Counted from the stretch's first letter, positions 13,185-25,594 are shown. The stretch: DNA of 41,722 nucleotides from Azolla caroliniana (GCA_043228905.1 JBHGNT010000273.1:1-41722); one strand, 5' to 3'. Notes: generated by a model not told the origin, from the sequence alone. A program made the numbers and translations.

Positions 13185-13567
13185 TGTTGGCCGGTCAGAA
13201 GAGCAAGGACAAGTGGGAAGGCGGAATCGGATCGGATGATAGGAAGTAAATAATAGTAGAATTATTATTCGGAGGGACGGATTCGGTACAGTTGTACCGA
13301 TCCAGATCCGAACCGATTCGGATGTCGGTTGCCTAAGCGCACCGATTGTAACCTTGCCGGATGCCTATAAAAGGATCCGATGATTTGTAAAGTGTTGGGA
13401 CGGTAGTAATACAATAGTATTTAATGTGTATTTATCTGTATCTCGTATTGTTTACCATCTGTGCTTAATTGTAATCATCTTATGCGTGTAACCTAGCATC
13501 CAATCCTTACCACCCCTTTGGAGAAGTGTCGGATAGACACCTGTGTTGAGGCTAGTCCGGCCAGACA
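13185..13567 (+). repeat. Putative 3' LTR of the gypsy element
   Basis: Imperfect terminal inverted repeats TGTTGGCCGG...CCGGCCAGACA and + strand CCTATAAAAGG near 13365. The partner LTR is not in the window. Confidence 0.65.
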
Positions 13568-13789
13568 GGCAACATGCCAAACCGGCTCTGCTAGATAGTA
13601 ACAGTAAAGAGAAGAAAGTTTAATGGAAGCCTAACATAGAGAATAAGCATACCCAAGAGAGAGAGAGAGAGAAACATAAAACTCTATTAAAAAATAACAC
13701 TTTGTAACTATGTACATAGAATGTGCTCGAGAGAGCACTTTTATACAAGTCCATAAAGGACTGACAAAAATACTGATGGGTACTTCGTC

Positions 13790-14715
13790 CAAGCACCGAA
13801 TACAGGGTTCTTGGCGAGCTGTATGCTGCTTACGTTGTCACAATAAATCAAGATTGGGCTCAGCACCGCGATCAAGAGGTCTCACAGGAGTTGCCAACGC
13901 TAGATGGCTTCACAGGTGGCGATGGTAGCACCCGGGTATTCAGCCTCAGTGCTCGATAGAGCCTCTCTTGGCTGCTTTTTGCTGCTCCATGCAACAACCG
14001 CCCTACCAAGAGAAAACATGTAACAGGAGGTGGATTCGCGATCTGAAGCATCACCAGCCCAGTCGGCATTGGTATATCTGACTAGCTTCCCAACGATACC
14101 ATGTTGGTATAATAGTCCCCGGTCCTTCGTGCCGCTAACATACAAGAGTATCTAGTGTGCGCACTAAAGGTGCTCGACGGTCAGCTTTTGCATGAACTGG
14201 TTGATCACTCCGACCGAGTAATTGATGTTCGGTCGAGTGATTGGCAAGTATATGAGGCTTCCGACAATTAATCGGAACTGTTTCTCATCGCAAGCGGGAC
14301 CGGAGTCGAGATAAAGCTTCAGGTTCCAGTCTCGGGGTGTGGAGATCTCTCGACATTCCATCCTGCCGAACTTGTACAGTATATTCAACACATACTGTCT
14401 TTGTGAGAGCAATATGCCATCGGGGGGTTCGGATTACCTCAATACCAAGAAAATAATGAAGGTCCCCCAGGTCCTTCGTTTCAAATGCGTCTGACAACTA
14501 GTACTTCACTCTGCCGATTTCATCTAGCCCGGGTTCAGTGATGACTAAATCATCAACATATAGCAGGATACAGACCGAACCATTCGGACGTTTCCGGATG
14601 AATAGTGATGAGTTGGACTTTGAGGCCGCAAACCCCATCTTACGCAACCGGTGCGTGATCTTCGCATTCCAATCTCGGTGGGCTTGCTTCAGACCGTAAA
14701 ACAACTTCTTGAGTC
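13790..14715 (-). pseudogene. Degraded copia RT/RNase H fragment, copy 1
   Basis: YGLKQA, LLYVDDL, KDLGDLHYFLGIE, YTNADWAG, WSSKKQ..LSSTEAEY, with stops and frameshifts. Confidence 0.88.
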
Positions 14716-14917
14716 ATGTGCATGTAATGGTTAGTTTGATAGGTTCGAATCTTGCCATGTGCATGTAATGGTTAGTTTGATATTTTCCTCTTTTTTCTTC
14801 ATATTTATTCAATCGGTTATTTTATATTATTTTCATGTAGTGTACTAGATACACTACGACACTCGCCCCCTCCGAAACCACAAATCCTCCGCCATGTGCC
14901 GAAGTTGTCGGTGATTG

Positions 14918-17620
14918 TTAGCCTTCTCCGTCCGGTCTCCGCCTGGTTGGTATCGTCACTAGTCGTTTTCGGTTGCCGGTTCCGTCTGTTCGCCGGCTTT
15001 CAGTTGCTTCCTCAACCCGGTTTCCGGTTACTGGCCCTCGAAATTCTTCCTTACTTTTAGTACGTTCCGTTTCTCTCGCTATGTCGACTTTGTCTCTCCA
15101 TTTCGAGCACAACCATTCTTTCCACCCAACCCATTTTCACCATCCGATCCACCATAGTCTTCGTTCACTCTTTGCATAGCCATGGCTGATTGTCGCAACT
15201 CCTCGTGCTCTTCTTGAGCATAACCATTCATGTCTTGTCAAATTTCCTTGGCCCGCTTGGTCCTTCTTATCCGTGGTAGTGCCTTTACTTGGCCTTGTCC
15301 TTGTCTTTATCAATGTCGAATTCTCTTCGAATCTCTGGTTGAGTCGGATTAGCTTCTTTCCAAATCGGTGTCGTCCGATCGTCTTTCGGTTGGATCGGCT
15401 TCCGTTCCGATTTGGAGTTGGTTGATTGGTTTTTACCGATTCGGCCCCCTTTCGGATCGGTTTAGACTGATCGGTTTCTATTAGTATTTGCTTCCTTTTC
15501 CTTGTTTTCACCGGCCTCGACCGGTTCGACCTCCGGTATTTCTTTCCGGATCGGTCTCGTCTAGTCGGCTTTTGGTTGGAATGATTTCCGTCCGCATGGA
15601 ACTCGACAAATTGGATTTTGTCCGAATCCACTTTTGCTTGCTTTAGCTTTCGTTTAGACCGGAATTCCGGCCGGATCATCTTGCGTCCGGACCCACTTTC
15701 GGCTTTACATTCTTTGCTCCCACCTCCCATCTCTCTGGTCTCACGTTGGTTCTCAGACACAACCGCCGAAGTTTCTAGAATTACTGGGTAGGAATCCTCG
15801 GTATTATCGTCCTCCATCGTTTCACCCATAGCCACCTTCTCGGCTATCTCTCCATCGTATGCATCGTCTTCGACCTTTGTTTTCTCTCCGTCTCTTCGGT
15901 GTCACATTGTCTTCCAAATGCAACTGCGAGAGTCTCTGGAATTGGTGATGGGAAATTCTCAATATGGTCATCCTACATTGATTCATCCATAGCCACCTCT
16001 GATTCGATGTAATGTTTTGTGCGACTTCCTTAATCAAGTCTGCCTCACACTCTTTATCTCCATCAATTATGAAAGCATCTATTATGCTTACCTCTTTCTC
16101 AACCAATGTCTTGAACACTCGTATCCCGAAATCTTCTTCTACACTTGAAGTGGTGTTCCCCACTCTTAGCTTATCAGCCTTATTGTTCGCTATCATTCTT
16201 TCGCAAGACAAGAGGGTATCTTGTTCTACACCCTCTCCCGTGGTACCTTCATATTGTATTTCGGCCTTCATGTCAGCTACATCGTTTGTCCTCAATCGAC
16301 CATCCTTCATGAGCCATGTGCTTGTTGACAAGATTTTCATATTCCTCTCATCATGTCTCCCACATACCCTTCCGACTTCGGCCCAATCCTCGGTAAGACC
16401 GTTCGCACCATCATCATCTTTAAGCTCGATCCCGATGTCCATCTTTTTTTTCCGATCAATCGATCTTACAAACATTAGGACTTTATCCTCCCTCACCAAT
16501 CCTTTTTCCCGCTCCGAGAGTCGAGCAAAACGATGTGTTGGGAGACGGGTCCCTCCGGATGGGAAGGGAGAAGAACAGTGTCGACGAACAATCGGAAGCC
16601 GAGGCCGACAGGCCGAGGCCGAAATCGGAAGAGGAGTACCCGGCTACGGAGAGCCGTATGATACAGACCCGGTATGAACCGGATGAGGAGTACCTGTCTA
16701 CGGAGAGCCGGATGGTGCAGACCCGGTATGAACCGGATGAAGAGACATATTCGTAAATATGTTTCTGAGAGTCCATCGAGGCTATATTTGTAAATAGCCG
16801 AAAAGTCATATTAGTATAAATATGACTTAGCGCAAACTTTTAAGATGAGTTGTAGTTGTTATTTTCTTGTTGGTGTAAGAAGAGAGAGCGTGTAACAGTG
16901 TACAGGTTGAGAGAGAGAAAGAACGAGGTCGTTGCCTCTGTTGTAACCGCCGCCTGTGGCGATGATCGTGAGCACGAGGTCGTTGCCTCCGTGAACTCAC
17001 TATTTGTACATTCCAATATAGTGATAGTTTGCAGCCTGTGGGCTGCCGTGGTTTTTCCCTCAGTTTGGGTTTTCCACGTAAACATCCTGTCTACCTTTTC
17101 TCTCCTTTGTGTCGTGCATTTGTTTCCCGTTTTCTATGTATGATCCTAAGCTCGGTTGTGGCCGAGCGTTGCACAAAGGGAGCGTTGAGTTCCCGTCACG
17201 ATGCTCGAACTCTAGGAATGCTTCCGTTGCACTTCGGTGGGTCTTTCCTGATGCCACCCATTCATCGAAGGCTCGCCTATCTCGTCCCTTCAATCTCTCG
17301 TAGTCATATGCCTCTCGTAAAGCTTCTTCAAAGGACCCCCATGTTGGGTTTTGTTGCCGTATCTTGTAGATTCTCTCTTGTAACCCATCTGTGACTACCC
17401 GGCTGAAGGATATCACTTGCAATCCTTCCGGTATCCCACATCGCCTCAACGCTACCTCGTATTCACCTAGATAGCGTGACACATCATTTCCGTTGAATTG
17501 TCCGTTTCTTTGCACAAACCACTCTATTGCCGACTTTATCTCCGACATCGCACGTTGCTCTTGTTGCATCCGCTCAATTATCATCATCATTATGGTCATC
17601 GCCTCTTGTTGATTCTCCAT
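14918..17620 (-). pseudogene. Gag-like ORF with low-complexity tail, split by a solo LTR and frameshifts
   Basis: Removing 16536-17198 and one TSD rejoins ...FLEFEHR|FARLSERE...DKVLMFV..GANGLTEDWAEV, which aligns by eye with the N-terminus of the 1428-aa ORF. Confidence 0.75.
16536..17198 (+). mobile_element. Solo LTR related to the copia LTR at 6082
   Basis: TGTTGGGA...CCGTCA with TSD CGATG on both sides. Shares CTCGGTTGTGGCCGAGCG and GGGTTTTCCACGT with the copia LTR. Confidence 0.9.
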
Positions 17621-17636
17621 CTCCTTGCCACCCGCT

Positions 17637-17654
17637 TTCACGTCGGGTTCACCA
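17637..17654 (-). promoter_or_regulatory. Primer-binding site, tRNA-Trp
   Basis: Minus strand TGGTGAACCCGACGTGAA, complementary to the plant tRNA-Trp 3' end as I recall it, 4 nt from the LTR end. Confidence 0.85.
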
Positions 17655-18447
17655 AATGTGTCGTGCCTTTTAGCTCCAAATCGTTGCGTGAGTCGGGTGG
17701 GAACCGCTGGAGTTTTAGACTAGGAAGAGGAAGAATTTGAGACAAGTTTATCGCTATGGATAGATTATTAGAAAGAGAGATAGAAATTTCATCAATCCCA
17801 AGAGTGTATTGTATTTGATTAATCAATATTTAGATAAGAATATGTATTAAGATTGAAAGAAAGAGATTAAAAAGAACTTGTGAATCCCACAAGTATAGAT
17901 TATGTCGTGAATCCCACGAATATAGTTTGTTAATTGGTGTTTTAGGAGATATATCCAGTTTCCAAATAATCCACACACTTATTACATTGTCCTCCCCATC
18001 CTTATATGGTGATGAGAGAGTCTTCACAATCCATGCTTAAACTTTATGCTTTCCCTATCAATATACTATATGCTTTATTTAACATGCTTTTTCTAAAGTG
18101 AACATGCTTTTCCTAATATGTGCGTTTTTTATTGACTATAGTGATGATGCACACTACATGTGCATGTGTAGCCTTTTCTTTTATCATGCATTCTTCTAAA
18201 GTTTATCCTAGCGTGAACTTACGTTTTTATGTGGGACATCTACTTTTTAACAGTAATGAAATGCTAGTGAAATGGTAAGACATTACATTATTAACATGGA
18301 GGTGCAAGGTTCGAATCTTGCCCTATGCATGTAATTCTTATTTTGATATTTTCTTCTCCGAATCTTGAACCGAATCAACTTCCTCCGATTCATTCCAGGT
18401 TTTGTCCGAGTTGGTAGTCTCCAACTCGTCTTCCGTTTTTAGGCCCT

Positions 18448-18782
18448 TCACAGGTGGCGATGGTAGAACCCGGGTATTCAGCCTCAGTGCTCGACAGAGC
18501 CACTCTTGGCTGCTTTCTGCTGCTCCACGCAACAACCGCACTACCAAGAGAAAACATGTAACCGGAGGTGGATTCACGATCCGAATTATCACCAGCCCAA
18601 TCGGCATTGGTATATCCGACTAGCTTCCCAGCGATACCATTTCGGTATAATAGTCCCCGGTCCTTCGTGCCGCTAACATACAAGAGTATCTAGTGTGCGC
18701 ACTAAAGGTGCGCAGCGGTCAGCTTTTGCATGAACTGGTTGATCACTCAGACCGGGTAATTGATGTTCGGTCGAGTGATTGG
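18448..18782 (-). pseudogene. Degraded copia RT/RNase H fragment, copy 2
   Basis: Highly similar to ~13910-14245 (YVSGTKDRGLLY...LSSTEAEY). Confidence 0.85.
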
Positions 18783-19082
18783 TGTCATGATATGGCAAGA
18801 CTCGAGCCCATGACCTTATGCTACATGGGTCGAGCTCTTGACAATTAGATTATACATTGTAATACGTGGAATATTATTTTCATTTATGTTTTATTATAGA
18901 AAATTGATGTATATTTCAGATTTGTCTGGAACAATCTAGAAACTTCAGGAGTATTCCTTAGAACACTATAAAAGGAGGCACAAGGTATTATTTCGAACCA
19001 AATCGGTTCAACGCCAGTCTTAAGCGTCCTAGCTACTGTACATTTTCTTCACATAATATATATCTTTTCTTATCATCACTCA

Positions 19083-19113
<31 letters not shown>

Positions 19114-19296
19114 TCTCTCCCTCTCACTCACTCTTTCCTTCTCTCGAGAGTTCTTCACCTCTCTTAGCACTAATACTTCTTTTAGTACTAAGTCCTTCTC
19201 TGTCTTAGTACTGTTCCTGACAGTCTGAACCGATTTCTCTACCTTCTGTCTCTCTCATTTCCTACTAATCTCTTATTCCTCTTTTCTTTTATCCCA

Positions 19297-20447
19297 TGGC
19301 CACTGTTAGCGCTGAAGAATATCAATCTGTTTTCTCGGAATTTCAATGCTTGAAAGAGAAGTTCCATGCTTTGGAATAAGAAAACCAACGGTTGCTGGGG
19401 GATCTTCAGCAAATCTCCTTAGAAAAGCAGCAAACGCAACAACAGCATGGGGAACTTGCGTTACGCGTGCAACAACTCGAAGCAACCATCATAGCGATGC
19501 AACAACAAGGGCCCGGAACACAAGGGATTTATAAAGAACCCAAGATTGGCCTTCCCACGAAGTTCGATGGAATGCGATCGCAGTTCAGAGGGTTCCTTAA
19601 CCAGGTACGATTAGTTATTCAAATGCATCCTTCCCGGTATCCCACCGATGCATCACGAGTGGGTTTAGTAGGCACTTTGTTTAGTGGCTCAGCGTTGGCA
19701 TGGTTCGCTCCACTATTAGAAAAGGAATCTCCGTTACTCAACAATTTTGAAGAGTTTCTAGGTGAGTATAAATCATGTTTCGGAGATACTGACAACATCA
19801 GGACCGCAATCAACAAAATTCAGCGATTACGCCAAGGTGACCGTCCAGCCTTCACATACGCTGCAGATTTTCGCCTACTCGCCGCCAATATCCCTTGGGA
19901 TGATCAAGCGTTGATGGAGCAATTCCGTTATGGTTTACGCAACCACGTGAAGGATTTACTCTTGACCTTCCCCGAAGAGCCAAAGTCCTTAATAGAAGCA
20001 ATCACTCGCGCGGTGAGATGTGACAACTGCCTCTTTGAGCGACGTTTGGAACGACACCTACAGATGCCGAGGGCAAGATCAGAGCCCACCAACGCCTCAG
20101 TGGTAGCAAGACCTTTTCCGAGGGAGTCATATAATGCGCCTCCAGCGAATACTCCGACTCCGATGGAGATTGACACTACACGTCGTCGAGGGCCATTATC
20201 TGAAGAAGAAAAGCAGCGACGCCATACAAATCGACTATGTCTTTACTGCGGTGGACCAGGACATATTGCAATAAATTGCCCCCATAGGCCAAGAAGACAG
20301 GTAAACCAAATAGTCGTTAGTTCTAATTGTACTAAACCCGAGCCTATTTCAGTAGGGATATCTAATAGTCCTAATAGTACTAATAGCCCAGATCTAGCGA
20401 ACAGATTTGATGTCCTTAGTCAGTTAGAAGAAGAGTTAAACGACTAA
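19297..20447 (+). pseudogene. gag, with a frameshift near the N-terminus
   Basis: Likely ATG at 19297 is out of frame with ORF 19392-20447. PTKFDG..FRGFLNQV, LRQG, PMEID, CLYCGGPGHIAINC. Confidence 0.85.
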
Positions 20448-20519
20448 GTCCAGCCAAAATAGGAGCCGTTTGGTTGGACAACCCTAGATCTGTGCAGCCC
20501 ATTAGTGGTTCCATTCCCG

Positions 20520-21369
20520 TACGGGGAGCATATAACCTCGTACGGATCCGACCAGGAGACGAATGGAAGACCGCGTTTCGCACCAAATATGGGCATTTCG
20601 AGTATACGGTCATGCCGTTCGGCCTCACTAATGCACCGACAGTCTTCCAAAACATGGCTAATGATATATTCCGAGATCTTTTGGATGATTGTTTGATCAT
20701 CTATTTGAATGATCTACTGGTTTATTCAAAGACCCAAGAAGAGCATGATTCTCATGTACTATTAGTACTAAAACGACTTCGAGAACATGGTCTATATGCA
20801 AAGCTGGAAAAATGCAGTTTCGGGTGCAACCAAGTGGAATTTCTCGGCTACATCATTTCTTCAGAAGGCATCTCCATGGACCCAGCTAAGGTCAAAACGG
20901 TGGTAGAATGGCAGACTTTGCGTTCAGTGCAGGATGTGCAATGCTTCCTAGGCTTTGCCAATTTTTACCGGAAGTTCATACAAGATTACTCAAAGATCGT
21001 TCTACCTCTCACACAACTTACCAGGAAGGGACAACCGTTCATTTGGTCTGAAGAAACGGATGTGGCTTTCGAGAGTCTTAAAAAGGCATTTACATCGGCT
21101 CCAATTCTAGCTCATGTCGATCCGGAAAAACCATTCATTATCGAAGTTGACGCATCGGATTTTGCATTGGGGAGCATTGTGTCACAACAGGGGAATGATG
21201 AGAAGCTACATCCTGTGGCTTTTCACTCACGCAAGTTTGATGCCGACGAAATCAACTACGAAATTCATGATAAGGAGCTGTTGGCAATAGTGGATTCTTT
21301 TATGCAATGGAGGCATTTTTTGAAGGGATCCTCTCATCCGGTCACCGTATTTAGTGACCACAAGAACCT
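20520..21369 (+). pseudogene. pol fragment (RT C-terminal half and RNase H); protease and RT N-terminus deleted
   Basis: RGAYNLVRI..EWKTAFRT, MPFGLTNAP, IYLNDL (catalytic D to N), EVDASD, ends at SDHKNL. Confidence 0.88.
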
Positions 21370-21455
21370 CAGATCCAACTTCTTACGCTTCTCATCCGGT
21401 ACATGCACATATGCTATGCTACCAAAGATCCGAAGGTGTCTCAAATTCGACTTCT
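21370..21455 (-). pseudogene. Short copia integrase C-terminal fragment
   Basis: Minus-strand translation SNLRHLRIFGSIAYVHVPDEKRKKLD. Confidence 0.75.
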
Positions 21456-21518
21456 ACCCCAAAATACAACTCATGTGCCAACACCTCCTCTTGGATCCGG
21501 TTTTGGATGTAGAACCGT

Positions 21519-22040
21519 TGTTACGGGCATGACCATATAATATCCCGTGGTGAGAATTTACCGTAGTATTCTATACACGTGGATAAGTGTGAGGGTTAAA
21601 CCAGAGTGTAAAGAAGGGGAGGATTACTTTTAATCCTCGGGATTGAGACAACCCATTAGGTCAGGTGTGAACTTGCCTGGGGGCCTTGGGTATCGCTATA
21701 AATAAGAGGCCTAGCTACCCTCATTTGATCATCTTCTTGACTACATCGAGACTCTGCTCTTGTGGTGGGTCAACTCTTGTAGCGAGCGCGCCAGCACCAG
21801 GTACGAGTCGACGCCACGGCGGTGGTATGGGACGCCGATCGAGGCTCGAGTCCGTCTCGATCCCTTCGCTCAGGGGTGGTCGGGTGGATCGGCACCCTTC
21901 CTTCTCTTTCTCCTTTCTATCTATCATTTCTTTATCCTTATCTTAAGCTTACTTTAGTACTTAGATCTCTAATAACCGCGTCAGCCTAGTAGAATTTGGG
22001 CATGCTCTTCTCCTCCTGCATTGCCCTTGCAGCGTCGACA
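21519..22040 (+). mobile_element. Probable solo LTR
   Basis: TGTTACGG...GTCGACA, internal CTATAAATA near 21696, flanks ACCGT/ATCGT (TSD with one transition). Confidence 0.6.
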
Positions 22041-22045
22041 ATCGT

Positions 22046-24180
22046 TCGTTACGTGACTCAGGTGGGAACCTTTGGGGTTTTGGACTAGGAAGAGGAAGAA
22101 TTTGAGACAAGTTTATATTTATGGATAGATTATTAGAAAGAGAGATAGAAATTTCGTGAATCCCACGAGTGTATTGTATTCGATTAATCAATATTTAGAT
22201 AAGAATATGTAGAAGATTGAAAGAAAGAGATTAAAAAGAACTTGTGGATCCCACAAGTATAGATTATGTCATGAATCCCACGAATATAGTTTGTTAATTG
22301 GTGTTTTAGGAAATATATCCAATTTCCAAATAATCCACACACTTATTACATTGTGCTCCCCATCCTTATATGGTGATGAGAGAGTCTTCACAATCCATGC
22401 TTAAACTTTATGCTTTTCCTATCAATAGACTATATGCTTTATTTAACATGCTTTTTCTAAAGTGATCATGCTTTTTCTAATTTGTGCGTTTTTAATTGAC
22501 TATAGTGTTCATGCACGCTACAGGTGCATGTGTGCATGTGTAGCTTTTTCTTTTATCATGCGTTTTTCTAAAGTTTATCCTAGCATGAACTTGCATTTTT
22601 ATGTGGGACATCTACTTTTTAACACTAATGAAAAGCTAGTGAAATGGCAAGACATTACGTTATTAACATGGAGGTGCAATGTTCGAATCTTGCCCTGTGC
22701 ATGTAATGCTTAGTTTGATATTTTCTTCTTTTTTCTTCATATTTATTCAATCGGTTATTTTATATTATTTTCATGTAGTGTACTAAATACACTACGACAC
22801 TCGCCCCCTCCGAAACCACAAATCCTCCGGCATGTGCAGAAGTTGTCGGTGATTGTTAGCCTTCTCCATTCGGTCTCCGCCTGGTTTGTTTCGTCACTAG
22901 CCGTTTTCGGTTGCCGGCTCCATCTGTTCGCCGATTTTCAGTTGCTTGCTCTACCCGGTTTCCGGTTACTGGCCCTCGTAATTCTTCTTTACTTGTAGTA
23001 CCCTCCGTTTCTCTTGCTATGTCCACTTTGTCTCTCCATTTCGAGCACAACCATTCTTTCCACCCAACTCATTTGCACCATCCGATCCACCATAGTCTTC
23101 GTTCACTCTTTGCATAGCCATGGCTGATTGTCGCAACTCCTCGTAATATTCTTAAGCATAACCATTCATGTCTTGTCAAATTTGCTTGGCCCGCTTGGTT
23201 CTTCTTATCTGTGGTTCTTCTTGTCCTTGTCTTTATCAATGTCGAATTCTTTTCGAATCTCTGGTTGAGTCGGATTAGCTTCTTTCCAAATCGGTGTCGT
23301 CCGATCGTCTTTCGGTTGGATCAGCTTCCATTCCGATTTGGAGTTGGTTGATTGGTTTTTACCGATTCAGTATTTGCTTCCTTTTCCTTGTTTTGATCGG
23401 CCTCGACCGGTTCGACCTCCGGCATTTCTTTCCGGATCGGTCTCGTCTAGTCGGCTTTTGGTTGGAATGATTTCCGTCCGCATGGAACTCGACCAATTGG
23501 ATGTTGTCCAAATCCACTTCTGCTTGCTTTAGCTTTCGTTTAGACCGGAATTCCGGCCGGATCATCTTGCGTCCGGATCCTCTTTCGGCTTTACATTCTC
23601 TGCTCGCACCTCCTGTTTCTCTGGTCTCACGTTGGTTCTCGAACACAACCGCCAAAGTCTCTATAATTAATGGGTAGGAATCGTCGGTATTATCATCCTC
23701 CGTCGTTTCACCCATAGCCACCTTCTCGGCTATCTCTCCATCGTCTGCATCATCTTCGATCGTTGTTTTCTCTCCGTCTCTTCGGTCTCATGTTGCCTTC
23801 CAGATGCAACTGACGGTGTCTCTGGAATTCTTATTTTGATATTTTCTTCTCCGAATCTTGAACCGAATCAGCTTCGTCTGATTCATTCCAGGTTTTGTCC
23901 GACTTGGTAGTCTCCAACTCGTCTTCCGTTTTTAGGCCCTTCACCACATCAGATCACGTCCGTGTCTTGGCCTTCTTCCGGTTGGCTAGACTATCCTGCT
24001 TGACTCTGCCACCGCCGCCGCTTCCTCCCACATGTTCGGATGTGGCGACTCCTTCGGTCGGCTCGGGTTCCTTTATCTCCACATCTCCCCCGTTGGTTCT
24101 TTCTTCCTATCTGGCTCCTTGTCCGGTGCCATCCATTCCAGCTCCTCCTCTTGCCCTCAAGTGTGGCACATTGAGATGAG
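22046..24180 (-). mobile_element. Family A LTR (22046-22799) with PPT and 3' internal region
   Basis: Paralogous to 17680-18340 (LTR) and 14862-15945 (internal). Confidence 0.85.
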
Positions 24181-24184
24181 AAAT

Positions 24185-25590
24185 GCCGAGCATCTCTCAA
24201 AAATGCTGCAACTTTTATGATCTGAGCGGCTTGGTGAAGATGTGGGCTACCTATTGATCTGTGTGACCATATCAAAATTCAACATCACCGCTCAGAACCC
24301 GCTCACGCGCATAGTGATACTGCACTTCTATGTGCTTCGTCCGTGCATAGAGTACAGGGTTCTTGGCGAGCTGTAGGTTTCTTATGTTGTCACCATAAAT
24401 CAAGATTGGGCTAGGCAGCTCAAAGGAGTCACCGAATCCAGATGGCTTCACAGGTGGCAATAGTAGCGCTCGGGTATTCAGGCTCAGTGCTCGACAGACC
24501 CACTATTGGCTACTTTTTGTTGCTCCACGCAACAACCGCACTACCATGTGAAAACATGTAACCGGAGGTGGATTGGAGATCCGATGCATCACCAACCCAA
24601 TCAGCATCGGTATATCCGACTAGCTTCCTAGCTATACCGTGTCGGTATAATAGTCTCCAATCCTTCGTGCTGCTAACATACCAAAGTATCCAGTGTGTGC
24701 ACTAAAGTTGCTCGACGGTCGACTTTTGCATGAACTGGCTGATCACTCCGACCGGGTAACTGATGTTGGGTCGAGCGATTGTCAAGTATATGAGGCTTTC
24801 GACAATTGGTCAGAACTGTTTCTCATCGCAGGCCGGGCCGGAGTCGGGACAAAGCTTGAGGTTCCGGTCTAGGGGTGTGGAGATCGGTCGACATTCCTTC
24901 ATGCCGAACTTGTACAACATATTCAACACATACTGTCTTTGTGACAGCAACATGCCATCGAGGGGTTCGAATCACCTCAATCCCAAGAAAATAATAAAGA
25001 TCCCCCAGGTCCCCCAGGTCGGATAACTGGGACTTCACTCTGCCGATTTCATCCAGTCTAGGTCCGGTGATGACTAAATCATCAACATATGGTACGATAT
25101 AGACCGGAACGTTCAGACCTTTCCGGATGAACAATGACGAGTTGGACTTTGAGGCTGCAAACCCCATCTTACGCAACTGGTGCGTGATCTTCGTATTCCA
25201 AGCTCGGTGGGCTTGCTTCAGACCGTAAAACAACTTCTTGAGTCAAAATACTGCCGCCTTGTTCATCTCCGATTGGAATCTGAGGGGTTGGATCATATAG
25301 ACCCGTTCTTCAAGGCCACCTTGAAGAAAAACATTCTTCATGTCCATTTGGTGAAGACGCCATCCCCTTACCGCAACAACAACCAATACCACACGAACCG
25401 TCGTCATCTTCGCTACCGGAGCAAGGGTCTCATCATAGTTGATTCCGTGGGTCTATGCGTATGCCTTTGCCCTTAATCGGGCCTTGTACCGGTTGACTGA
25501 AGCGTCAACATTGTACTTCAACTTATATACCCATTTGCAACCGATCGGTTTACACTATCAGGGAGGGTCAACTAGGTCGCATGTATCGTC
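24185..25590 (-). pseudogene. Degraded copia RT/RNase H fragment, copy 3 (longest)
   Basis: YGLKQA, YVDDL, YGDN..AKNPVLYARTKHIEVQYHY. Confidence 0.85.
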
Positions 25591-25594
25591 GCCT

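Larger units (their letters stand above)
451..13567 (+). mobile_element. Non-chromoviral Ty3/gypsy retrotransposon (Athila/Tat/Phygy-like); 5' end lies beyond the LTR insertion
   Basis: Domain order gag Zn-knuckle, PR, RT, RH, INT with no chromodomain. Followed by an A-rich tract, an extra sense ORF and a putative 3' LTR at 13185-13567. Confidence 0.85.
14716..18340 (-). mobile_element. Gag-only LTR element, family A (decayed)
   Basis: 5' LTR 17659-~18340, tRNA-Trp PBS, gag-like ORF from 17620, PPT GGAGGGGGCGAG next to a truncated 3' LTR (14716-14861). No PR, RT or INT motifs seen. Confidence 0.75.
18783..21369 (+). mobile_element. Chromovirus-type (Tcn1-like) Ty3/gypsy, deleted and 3'-truncated
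   Basis: LTR-like start TGTCATGA at 18783, TATA near 18966, CT-rich leader, gag, partial RT-RH. The lineage name is inferred from motif style. Confidence 0.8.

Noticed and set aside
18258-18330. Functional tRNA gene
   Set aside because: A and B boxes are present but I cannot fold convincing acceptor and anticodon stems. Reported as tRNA-like only.
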